64,000 nt of DNA from Chitinophagia bacterium (GTDB taxonomy: Bacteria; Bacteroidota; Bacteroidia; Chitinophagales; Chitinophagaceae): the NCBI GenBank assembly GCA_037142775.1, contig JBAWZY010000003.1, positions 160,444 through 224,443 of the forward strand. Direction: 5' to 3'. Shown piece after piece: positions 18,253-27,477 of the stretch. How positions within the stretch are numbered: the first letter of the stretch is position 1; the number at the start of each line of letters is the position of its first letter. Under the pieces are notes generated by a model. That model saw nothing but the letters and a program-made list of their open reading frames with translations, did no database searches and was not told the DNA's origin. The position numbers and the translations under genes are program-made.

Positions 18253-20397
18253 ATGACGAACCCTAAAAGATACTTGATCACCGCTGCGCTTCCCTATGCC
18301 AACGGATATAAACATATAGGCCACCTGGCTGGTGCTTATTTACCTGCAGATATATATGTACGCTATTTAAAATCACAACAGAGAGATGTAGTATTTGTTT
18401 GTGGTAGTGATGAACATGGAACAGCCATTCCTATTCAGGCTGCTAAAGAAGGAACTACCGCTCAAGCGATTATTGATAAGTACCATCCCCTGATGGAACA
18501 GAACTTTAAAGACCTTGGAATTCAATTTGATATCTATCATCGCACCAGTGATCCGCTACACCATCAAACTGCCCGCGATTTCTTTACAAAATTGAATGAC
18601 GGTGGACACCTCTCGATTCAAACAACCGAACAATATTTTGATGAAAAGGCACAAACCTTTTTAGCCGACAGATATATCAAAGGAACCTGTCCGAATTGTC
18701 AATTTACCGCTGCCTATGGCGATCAATGTGAAAAGTGTGGTAAAAGTTTGAGTCCGGAAGAATTGATTAACCCGGTAAGTACATTAAGCGGTGAGCCACC
18801 CATTAAAAAAACCACCCAACACTGGTATCTTCCTCTCAACCAACATGAAGCTTTTTTACGTAAATGGATTTTAGAAGATCATGCAAATGATTGGAGGGCT
18901 TCTGTTTTAGGTCAGTGCAAAAGCTGGATTGATGGAGGATTGCAACCAAGGGCAGTTACCCGCGATTTAGACTGGGGTGTTGCTTTACCCGAAAATGTAG
19001 AGGGTGGCAAAGGCAAAGTATTGTATGTTTGGTTTGATGCCCCTATTGGATATATCAGTGCAACCAAACAATGGGCATTGAATACAGGAAAAGACTGGCG
19101 ACCTTACTGGGAAGATAAAGAAACGAGACTAATACATTTTATAGGGAAAGACAATATTGTATTTCATTGTATTATCTTTCCGGTGATGCTTCAATTGCAT
19201 GGAAATATTTTGCCCGACAATGTTCCCGCCAATGAATTTTTAAATTTAGAGGGAGATAAAATGAGTACCAGCAGAAACTGGAAACTCGATATGGAAGATT
19301 ATATCAATGATTTTATTAAATCACCTGGAGGATCTGAAAGTATGTCGGATGTGTTAAGATATTACTTGACGCAAATTGCTCCAGAAACCAAAGACAGTGA
19401 GTTTACCTGGAAAGGATTTCAGGATGCCAATAATAGCGAACTCGTTGCCATACTGGGTAATTTTGTAAACAGAAGTCTGGTGTTGATGCATAAATTATGT
19501 AAGGGTAAAGTACCGCCATTACATCAAAATCAATTATCAGATATTGATAAAGAAATGCTCAACAGTTTTGAACACATTCGTACTAAAGTGGAAAATCTGT
19601 TAGAACAATTCAAGTTTAGGGAAGCATTATTTGAAGTAATATCATTCGCAAGAAGCGGTAACCAGTATTTACAGAAAAAAGAGCCCTGGATTTACGCCAA
19701 AAAAGTAGCTGAAAACGGTGTGGTAGAATCAGACGCTCAAATGAATATTGATAATACACTTCATATCTCATTGCAGCTATGTGCAAACCTCGCCATTTTA
19801 TTAAACCCGTTTTTGCCTTTCACCGCGCGTAAAATTTGCTACCTGCTTAAAGTGGTTGACAAAATGTTACTGTGGGAAAATGCCGGTAAAACCAAATTAC
19901 TTAGTACCGGATACACTTTAAGGGCTCCGGAGCTTTTATTTAGAAAAATAGAGGATGAAGAAATAGAACAACAATTAGCCAAATTACAATCAAACGTTCA
20001 AATGGATTCACAAACCGATACTCAGGAAAATCCAGTTACACCGGAAAAGCCCGCTTTTGCCCCTGTAAAGGAACCCATTGTTTATGATGATTTTGCAAAA
20101 CTTGATTTGCGCAATGGAAAAATTATTCATGCAGAAAAAGTTGAAAAGGCAGACAAGTTGCTCAAATTAACAGTGGATTTGGGGTTTGAGGTTCGCACCA
20201 TTGTTTCTGGAATCGCCCTTCATTTTCAACCTGAAGCAATCATTGGAAAGCAGGTTACTGTTGTGGTAAATCTTCAACCGCGAAAAATGAGGGGGATTGA
20301 AAGTAATGGCATGATATTGATGGCTGAAGATGCAAACGGGAAATTACATTTTATTAATCCTGAAGAAACAGTAAATCCGGGTGCGAGTATCAATTAA
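18253..20397 (+). CDS. metG: Methionine--tRNA ligase with C-terminal tRNA-binding domain
   Basis: TAALPYANG..HIGH, Zn knuckle CPNC/CEKC, KMSTS, C-terminal Trbp111-like domain. Start 18253 preferred; the ATG at 18214 is possible. Confidence 0.97.
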   Translation: MTNPKRYLITAALPYANGYKHIGHLAGAYLPADIYVRYLKSQQRDVVFVCGSDEHGTAIPIQAAKEGTTAQAIIDKYHPLMEQNFKDLGIQFDIYHRTSDPLHHQTARDFFTKLNDGGHLSIQTTEQYFDEKAQTFLADRYIKGTCPNCQFTAAYGDQCEKCGKSLSPEELINPVSTLSGEPPIKKTTQHWYLPLNQHEAFLRKWILEDHANDWRASVLGQCKSWIDGGLQPRAVTRDLDWGVALPENVEGGKGKVLYVWFDAPIGYISATKQWALNTGKDWRPYWEDKETRLIHFIGKDNIVFHCIIFPVMLQLHGNILPDNVPANEFLNLEGDKMSTSRNWKLDMEDYINDFIKSPGGSESMSDVLRYYLTQIAPETKDSEFTWKGFQDANNSELVAILGNFVNRSLVLMHKLCKGKVPPLHQNQLSDIDKEMLNSFEHIRTKVENLLEQFKFREALFEVISFARSGNQYLQKKEPWIYAKKVAENGVVESDAQMNIDNTLHISLQLCANLAILLNPFLPFTARKICYLLKVVDKMLLWENAGKTKLLSTGYTLRAPELLFRKIEDEEIEQQLAKLQSNVQMDSQTDTQENPVTPEKPAFAPVKEPIVYDDFAKLDLRNGKIIHAEKVEKADKLLKLTVDLGFEVRTIVSGIALHFQPEAIIGKQVTVVVNLQPRKMRGIESNGMILMAEDANGKLHFINPEETVNPGASIN

Positions 20398-20596
20398 ATA
20401 AGTGGTAATAATTGAAGTTCAATTAATGTTAAACTAAGGTAGCCCAAATTTCAATTATCAAATTTCCATTATAAAAACTCAGACATTTCAATAAACGGTA
20501 AGCGATTTAGCTGCAAACAATGCGAAAACAGTCTGATTCACTATAATTTGTAAATACCGTCTGCTGAGTTATATGTGATATCAAATACAGAATCTC

Positions 20597-21268
20597 CTAT
20601 CCGGCAGTCTTATCATAACTCACGCACTCCTTCAACTCTCTTTCCGAATAAGCATATCCATATTGTTTTAATACATCATCCGGCACTCCATTCCACTGAT
20701 TGGGCACATTTCCCATATAACCCAGATCCTTTACACCCATTTCAGATGTATAGAACCCAGTTGTAACCAAGTCACGCATCAAATTAAAAAAGGATACTCC
20801 TTGCTTCATTTCTGGTGCAGCTTTATCAGGATATGCGATTTGATCAACCAATTGAATCCGCTGCTGCTCAGTAGCATCGGAAAAGGATTGATTAAATTGC
20901 TTGAAACTCTGCATTTCGAGCCAGCGCAATCCACCGCGAATGGGCGTTTGATGCTCGGGCATATCTTTTACAATAAATTCAATAAAATCGGGAACTTTCG
21001 CCTCTGTTGCACTTCCGCTAACTGAATCTTTTGGAATGATGATATCACTTAGTAATGCAATAACAGTCATTTCTTGTGGAGTAAAAAATGGAGCGCCTGC
21101 TTGCAGTTGAGTCAGATAATCTTTTTCCTCTTGCATCCGGTCGGCGCTTACAGAAGCAGTAGCCGAGTTCAAAACTTCCTTTTTATCGGATTGCTTACAT
21201 GCTTCCACTAAAACACCCGTTCCTGCAGCCCCTATTAATAACGTTTTAATCGATTTCCTTCTGTCCAT
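20597..21268 (-). CDS. Gluconate 2-dehydrogenase subunit-3 family protein (Tat lipoprotein)
   Basis: MDRRKS twin-arginine leader ending VEAC, DIIIP...SAT.A.VP.FI, FF.LMRDL..TGFYTSE.G..DLGY.GN. Confidence 0.88.
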   Translation of the reverse strand: MDRRKSIKTLLIGAAGTGVLVEACKQSDKKEVLNSATASVSADRMQEEKDYLTQLQAGAPFFTPQEMTVIALLSDIIIPKDSVSGSATEAKVPDFIEFIVKDMPEHQTPIRGGLRWLEMQSFKQFNQSFSDATEQQRIQLVDQIAYPDKAAPEMKQGVSFFNLMRDLVTTGFYTSEMGVKDLGYMGNVPNQWNGVPDDVLKQYGYAYSERELKECVSYDKTAG

Positions 21269-21286
21269 ACAATGTATTATTTCTGA

Positions 21287-23029
21287 TCAGAGATTTTGTT
21301 TTTTCATTTCTTCAATTATATACTCCGAAGTTCTCATTGAAAGCGCGAGAATCGTCCAGGTAATATTTTTATCTGCCTGAGAAACGAACTGACTACCATC
21401 AACACAGAATAAGGTTTTACAGTCATGCGCCTGACTCCATTTGTTTAATGCAGATGTTTTTCTGTCGCTTCCCATTCTTACCGTTCCGGCTTCATGAATG
21501 ATATTTCCCGGATTGCTAAGGCCATAATTATTAGCAGCCGTATCATCTCCACCCCAGGTAATTACCGCACCCATATTGTGCAGTATTTCCTTAAATGTTT
21601 CTTTCATGTGTTTTGCCTGCTTAATTTCATACTCGGAATGTTTTGTATGAAAGCGCAAAACCGGAATACCGTACTTATCTACAACATTTGGATCAATTTC
21701 ACAATAGTTATTGATATTCGGAACAGCTTCCCCTCTTCCTGCCATACCAACTCCGGCTCCATAGAAAAACCGAACATCTTCCTTTAAAGAAGCCCCATAA
21801 CCCCCTGCAGGCTTGGTTTTCCCGTTGATTTGGTATTGCCCATTTAAACCCTGCATACCAAACCCAAACCCATAAGCCGGCTGCGACATACCACCCCAAT
21901 ATTCAATGTGATATCCGCGGGGAAAGTCTAATTTTTTATTATCCAGCCACCAGGGAGTATATACATGCATTCCTCCAACCCCATCTTCATTGTAGCGTTT
22001 TCTTCCAAATAATTGTGGCAAAACTCCACCAATTGCTGCCCCGGTTGAATCATGTAAATACTTTCCAACCACATTGCTATCATTTGCCAATCCATTAGGG
22101 TGCCGGGTTGATTTTGAATTAAGCAGCAAACGAGCAGTTTCACAGGTACTGGCAGCCAGAATAACCACACGGCCCGATACCTGATATTCCATACCATCGT
22201 CTTTTTTTATAAACGAAACTCCTGTCGCCAGTCCTTCAGCATTGGTAAGCACTTCACGTGCCATTGCATTGGTAATTACATCAATATTGCCGGTTAATAC
22301 AGCCGGCTTAACCAATACAGATGAAGAGGAAAAATCACCATAAACTTTGCAGCTTCTTCCACATTGGGCACAATAAAAACAAGCTCCTCTTTCTTTATTA
22401 ATTGGTTTAGTAAGAATTGAAAGCCGCGAAGGGATTACAGGAATTCCCATTCCGGTGGCGGTTTTCTTGATCATTAGTTCATGCAGCCGCGGCTTGGGTG
22501 GAGGCAAAAAAATACCATCCGGATCATTGGGTAACCCTTCATTGGATCCAAATACCCCTATGAGTTTGTCAATTTTATCATAATAGGGTTTTACGTCTTC
22601 ATATCCAATGGGCCAATCATCTCCTAAACCATCAATACTTCTGCGTTTAAAATCTTTAGGTCCGAATCGAAGGGAAATTCTTCCCCAGTGATTCGTTCGG
22701 CCGCCAATCATGCGGGCTCGCCACCAATCCCACTTATCACTTCCTTCCTTCATAGTGTAAGGCTCACCATCTATTTGCCATCCCCAGTAACAACCATCAA
22801 AATCACCAAAGGGACGAAACTTCGTACTGGCTCCTCTGCGCGGAGACTCCCACGGATTTTTCAATTGTGAGGAATGAATGGCAGGATCGTAATTCGGGCC
22901 CGCTTCAATTAAACATACTTTTAATCCAGCGTTAGCCAATATATATGCAGCCATTCCCCCACCGGCTCCTGAACCTACAATTACGGCATCATATTTTTTA
23001 CTTTCCTTTTTAACTTGCAATGCTCCCAT
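21287..23029 (-). CDS. GMC-family FAD oxidoreductase (glycoside 3-dehydrogenase/gluconate dehydrogenase-like catalytic subunit)
   Basis: VGSGAGGG FAD motif, IGGRTNHW, Cys cluster CFYCAQCGRSC, IIHEAGTVRMG, N.TWTI.AL. Confidence 0.9.
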   Translation of the reverse strand: MGALQVKKESKKYDAVIVGSGAGGGMAAYILANAGLKVCLIEAGPNYDPAIHSSQLKNPWESPRRGASTKFRPFGDFDGCYWGWQIDGEPYTMKEGSDKWDWWRARMIGGRTNHWGRISLRFGPKDFKRRSIDGLGDDWPIGYEDVKPYYDKIDKLIGVFGSNEGLPNDPDGIFLPPPKPRLHELMIKKTATGMGIPVIPSRLSILTKPINKERGACFYCAQCGRSCKVYGDFSSSSVLVKPAVLTGNIDVITNAMAREVLTNAEGLATGVSFIKKDDGMEYQVSGRVVILAASTCETARLLLNSKSTRHPNGLANDSNVVGKYLHDSTGAAIGGVLPQLFGRKRYNEDGVGGMHVYTPWWLDNKKLDFPRGYHIEYWGGMSQPAYGFGFGMQGLNGQYQINGKTKPAGGYGASLKEDVRFFYGAGVGMAGRGEAVPNINNYCEIDPNVVDKYGIPVLRFHTKHSEYEIKQAKHMKETFKEILHNMGAVITWGGDDTAANNYGLSNPGNIIHEAGTVRMGSDRKTSALNKWSQAHDCKTLFCVDGSQFVSQADKNITWTILALSMRTSEYIIEEMKKQNL

Positions 23030-23299
23030 AAAACAAATTTATTGGTCCTTATTTTGAAGTATGAATGTAAATAAATTACTGAATTTTCAGTAAATTTTTA
23101 TTCAAAAGGATACCAATCCCTCATTGATAACCAAATCATTTAGCTTTAAAATCGTTTTTTCGGGGATTCTGTTAGTAAATTATACCTATTCCCCTTCAAA
23201 AATGGTTTGGTTGCTTCCTAACAATTAAAAAGAATTGGCGGAATGAACAGGATACCGATTTTTTAGCCATTTTTGCATATATACCATTTAACAATTTGA

Positions 23300-24055
23300 A
23301 TGAAAGGATCTATTCATCAGTTATTGGCCAACCAACGAGCAGCAGGTAAAAAATCATTTGCTGTTTTAATTGATCCCGATAAGGTAACCCCTACAATTAT
23401 CGAGCAGTTGATAGATCGTGCCCTAGACTGTAAAGTTGATCATTTTTTTGTTGGAGGTAGTTTGGTTATATCCAGTCAGCTGGATGCCTGTATACAACAA
23501 ATTAAATCTTCCTGCAACATTCCTGTTACCCTATTCCCGGGATCTCCTTCTCAAATCAGTTCACATGCTGATGCCTTACTTTATTTATCCTTGATTTCAG
23601 GTAGAAACCCCGAATTGCTTATTGGTCAACATGTAATCAGTGCTCCTTTTGTTAAAAAAAGTGGATTGGAAATCATTCCTACCGGATATATGGTAATCGA
23701 TGGGGGTGCGCCTACCACTGTTTCTTATATTTCAAATGCTAGTCCTATCCCTGCCGACAAAAATGACATTGCAATGTGCACCGCTATGGCAGGAGAAATG
23801 CTGGGTATGAAACTGATATACATGGATGCCGGCAGTGGGGCTCGGAAACCCATCACTGAATCAATGATTGAAAGGGTTGGGCAACACATTTCTATCCCAT
23901 TAATTGTTGGTGGAGGTATTACCGATCCAGAAAAAGCCTACAGAAACTGTAAAGCAGGAGCAGATGTGATCGTTGTTGGCAACGCAATTGAAAAGGATTC
24001 CTCTATCATGGCTGAAATCAGCGCAGCGGTGCATAGCCTGCCCCTTAGCGTATAA
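23300..24055 (+). CDS. Geranylgeranylglyceryl/heptaprenylglyceryl phosphate synthase, group II
   Basis: LIDPDK, VGGS, LFPG, SLISGRNPELLIGQH, YMDAGSGA, VGGGI, VVGN motifs. Confidence 0.9.
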   Translation: MKGSIHQLLANQRAAGKKSFAVLIDPDKVTPTIIEQLIDRALDCKVDHFFVGGSLVISSQLDACIQQIKSSCNIPVTLFPGSPSQISSHADALLYLSLISGRNPELLIGQHVISAPFVKKSGLEIIPTGYMVIDGGAPTTVSYISNASPIPADKNDIAMCTAMAGEMLGMKLIYMDAGSGARKPITESMIERVGQHISIPLIVGGGITDPEKAYRNCKAGADVIVVGNAIEKDSSIMAEISAAVHSLPLSV

Positions 24056-24087
24056 TGTTATTATCCCATTTCAGTTTGTATTAGCTC

Positions 24088-25386
24088 CTATTTTAGGGCT
24101 TTGGTATCTACCCGCGAAGGCGTATCTTTTCCACTAATAATGCTTCTCGCACTTAAGGCAATAGACTTAATTATCATAGTCATATTTTCAATATCCAACG
24201 TACTTACTTCATCACTTGCCTTATGGTAATTGGGTTCATTATCCATTTTAGAAGTGCTGATAGTATGTGCAGGAACCCCCAGGCGAGCCAGGGTAGCATT
24301 ATCCGAACGGTAAAATAAATTTTGGGTTGTATATGGGTCAGGATAGAAATTAAACCCGGTGCCCTCCAGATTTTTTTGCAGGATATCCCCCATGTTGGTT
24401 TTTTCGTAACCGGTAATATATGCCGAATTTTTTCCCCACTTACTTTCTGTACCAATCATTTCGATGTTAAACATGGCCACAATTTCGTCGGGGTTTAATT
24501 GATTAGAAAAAAAAGTGGCACCAAAACCACCCACTTCTTCCGCAGTAAATGCTACAAAAATTAGGGTACGATCATTTTCTTTTACTTTAGAAAAATATTT
24601 TGCCAACATCAACATGGCCGTAGTTCCAGCAGCATCATCATTAGCACCATTAAATATTGAATCCGTAAGCACGTTACCCTGTCGATCTTTACTCATCACC
24701 CCCAAATGATCGTAATGTCCGGAAAAAATCACATATTCATTTGGGCGACTTTTTCCGGGTATGATGGCTGCCACATTTTGAAGCGTTTGCCGAGTGAAAC
24801 TATGGGTAGCCGTTATATCCAACTCCAGAATGGGCTGAGCGCTGAGTATAAAAACCGTGCTAAAATTGGACTGATATAATTGCGATTTAAACCGGGTAAG
24901 CATATTGAAATTGGCTGCAAAACTCGAATCAACCAATACGATGTAATTTTTTTTGGCATTGATAAATTTCCTCGCCTGAGCAGATAAATTTTCACCTGCT
25001 GCTATTTTTACCTGTTCATACCCCGACTGCTCCGTTATGTGTAAAGTATCTTTACAGGTTACTACTACAACATTTTTTGCATCCAGTTCTAAACCATTAA
25101 CACGGGCAGTTACTCCCAAGAACTTTGGACGCAACATAGAAAATGTTTGTAAATATTGCTGTGTTCCCGGATAAGGTTCAATTTTCATGGCCGCAAACTC
25201 AGCAGCAATAAAGGCTGCAGCTTTGTCAATCCCCGGAGTGAAAGTTCGTCTACCCTGCATCTCATCTGAGGCTAACATCGTTTCTATTCTAAGAACTTCT
25301 TCGGGCTTGATAATTTTCTCGATTGGTTGAGACAGCAGGCTATGTGCTAAACAAAACGAAACCAGTAAAAGAGATATTCTTTTCAT
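24088..25386 (-). CDS. Secreted M28-family aminopeptidase
   Basis: Signal peptide, SGHYDHLG, GANDDAAG, AEEVG, NIEMIG, RSDN, YHKASD zinc ligands. Confidence 0.9.
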   Translation of the reverse strand: MKRISLLLVSFCLAHSLLSQPIEKIIKPEEVLRIETMLASDEMQGRRTFTPGIDKAAAFIAAEFAAMKIEPYPGTQQYLQTFSMLRPKFLGVTARVNGLELDAKNVVVVTCKDTLHITEQSGYEQVKIAAGENLSAQARKFINAKKNYIVLVDSSFAANFNMLTRFKSQLYQSNFSTVFILSAQPILELDITATHSFTRQTLQNVAAIIPGKSRPNEYVIFSGHYDHLGVMSKDRQGNVLTDSIFNGANDDAAGTTAMLMLAKYFSKVKENDRTLIFVAFTAEEVGGFGATFFSNQLNPDEIVAMFNIEMIGTESKWGKNSAYITGYEKTNMGDILQKNLEGTGFNFYPDPYTTQNLFYRSDNATLARLGVPAHTISTSKMDNEPNYHKASDEVSTLDIENMTMIIKSIALSARSIISGKDTPSRVDTKALK

Positions 25387-25425
25387 AAAGGGAGTGATTC
25401 AAGCAGTAAATATACATTGCAGCGA

Positions 25426-26157
25426 TTATAAGCTCATCATTTCCTTGAACTTTACCGTTTGCCTTCTGCTAACTTCTACTTTTTCTCCTCCTTTTAAATC
25501 AACCAGTAATCCTCCATTAAAATAGGGCTCTATTTTTTCTATCCAGCGCAAGTTGATAATATGTTTTCGATTGGCACGAAAAAACATTCGATCATCTAAG
25601 CGCTCTTCGAGGGCATTCAGCGATTTTAATATGAGTGGCTTATGGGTTCCAAAATATACTTTAGCATAATTACCCACGCTTTCAAATAAACGAATTTCAC
25701 CAAGTTTCACAAACCAGCATCTTTCACCATCTTTAACAAATACCTGATCCAGTTCGGTGAGGGGACCACGATTATTGGCTGCAAGTGCAGGATTTTCTTT
25801 TATCATATCTGCCTGCAACTTATGCAAGGCTTCACCCAGCCGCTTGGGCTCAATGGGTTTAAGTAAATAATCAAGCGCATTTACCTCAAATGCCTTGATA
25901 GCGTATTCATCATAAGCAGTTGTAAAAATTACCCGAGGAGCTTTTTCAACTTCTGCAAGTAAATCAAATCCATTCTTTCCGGGCATCTGAATATCCAGGA
26001 AAATTAAATCGGGTTGCAGTAATTCGATTTTCTCTATTCCTTCATCCACATTAGCTGCTTCCTCAATCACCTCAATTTCGGTATGATTTAATAACAATTT
26101 CTTTAACTCATTTCTTGCCAGTCGCTCATCATCAATTATAATTGCTTTTATTGCCAT
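25426..26157 (-). CDS. LytTR-family response regulator
   Basis: Receiver domain (IIDDE, FLDIQMP, TTAY, LLKP) plus LytTR domain (FFRANRKHIINL). Confidence 0.94.
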   Translation of the reverse strand: MAIKAIIIDDERLARNELKKLLLNHTEIEVIEEAANVDEGIEKIELLQPDLIFLDIQMPGKNGFDLLAEVEKAPRVIFTTAYDEYAIKAFEVNALDYLLKPIEPKRLGEALHKLQADMIKENPALAANNRGPLTELDQVFVKDGERCWFVKLGEIRLFESVGNYAKVYFGTHKPLILKSLNALEERLDDRMFFRANRKHIINLRWIEKIEPYFNGGLLVDLKGGEKVEVSRRQTVKFKEMMSL

Positions 26158-26175
26158 ATTTAATGCGTTGTGGGT

Positions 26176-27258
26176 TTATGTATGAGGCAGTATTTGCAGC
26201 GGCACTCCCGGCAATGAAATTTCTGCCCTAACTAAATGATTGTTCGTGTTCTTGATATCAAAACTTGCCTTTTCCCCATACATCAGCTTTAGGCGATGAC
26301 GGGTACTCTCAATTCCAAAACCACCCGAAGTAATTGACTTTCCGGCAGATATTTTATTTTGAAATACCCCAGAATTTTCTACGACTAATTCATGACGATT
26401 TCCCCGATTATCTGAGATGATTCGAATCAATCCTCCATTTTTCTCGCAACTAATACCATGCTTAATAGCATTTTCTACCAAAGTTTGTAGCATCATAGGC
26501 GGTACCGGCTGATCAAGTGTGTCATCATCAATTTCATATGCTACCTGCAACCTGTCTTCAAATCGGATTTGCTCTAATGCCAGATAATCTTTCACAATGT
26601 TGAGTTCTTTTTCGAGTGAAATGGTTTCTGCTTTCTCCATTTGCATACTGCTTCGTAGTATATTACTTAATTCAGTAATGGCAGTTCTCGCCCTAATCGG
26701 ATTTTCATCCACCAATGCACGAATACTGTTAAGTGCGTTAAATATAAAATGTGGATTAATATGCGACTTGATGGTTTTTAATTCAAGTTCTTTTACGAGA
26801 CTCTGTAATTTCACCCGCTGTATTTCATTAATTGCCCCCACATCTATGTAGTGCCAGATAAAATAAATAGAAACCCAAACAATAATCAGCGGCGAATCGA
26901 ACAACAAGCTAAATACAAAACGGGTAAGGGTAGATACTTTAGTAGCAGGATTGTATAAACCCAACCATTCAACAGCTGTACTGGTAGCCAGGTTGAAAAT
27001 TAAAATAGTTGCTAAAATAGATAGCAAATATTTCCACCAATTTCTCAAACGAAATGGCGGTCGAAGTCTGTATCTAATTAAAAATTCTCTCAAAAAATGT
27101 GTACTTACCAATCCAAAAAAAATGGTTACTCCCACCCGCGGAAATAAAACATCAATAGAATTATTGTTGAAGAAAAAAGCAAAAAACATCAGGGTTAGTC
27201 CGTAAAATAACCAACCTCCTGCCTGACAAATCCAGTACAAAACATTCTTTTTCCGCAT
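26176..27258 (-). CDS. LytS/YehU-type sensor histidine kinase
   Basis: Four TM helices, KSHINPHFIFNALNSI, QIRFEDRL, LQTLVENAIKHG, GFGI. Confidence 0.93.
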   Translation of the reverse strand: MRKKNVLYWICQAGGWLFYGLTLMFFAFFFNNNSIDVLFPRVGVTIFFGLVSTHFLREFLIRYRLRPPFRLRNWWKYLLSILATILIFNLATSTAVEWLGLYNPATKVSTLTRFVFSLLFDSPLIIVWVSIYFIWHYIDVGAINEIQRVKLQSLVKELELKTIKSHINPHFIFNALNSIRALVDENPIRARTAITELSNILRSSMQMEKAETISLEKELNIVKDYLALEQIRFEDRLQVAYEIDDDTLDQPVPPMMLQTLVENAIKHGISCEKNGGLIRIISDNRGNRHELVVENSGVFQNKISAGKSITSGGFGIESTRHRLKLMYGEKASFDIKNTNNHLVRAEISLPGVPLQILPHT

Positions 27259-27263
27259 AAAGA

Positions 27264-27271
27264 CAAATATA
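27264..27271 (-). promoter_or_regulatory. -7 element (TATATTTG) for the LytS-LytTR pair
   Basis: Exact TAnnTTTG match, but only 5 nt upstream of the ATG at 27258, implying a nearly leaderless transcript or a different start. Confidence 0.45.
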
Positions 27272-27477
27272 AATCTAACCTAACCTAAAAAATTCGGTTT
27301 AAGGATTAGTGGTTAAAATAGCTGCTATTTGGCAAATTCAGCCATTATTTTGGAATGAACTTTATGCCGCAATTAATTGTAATAATTGCGGCAGTTTTAA
27401 TCATATGTAAATATTATTTCATACGATTGAGCGCTACTCAGGTATTATGTGTATTTTTACATCTTAAATCCGGATTC

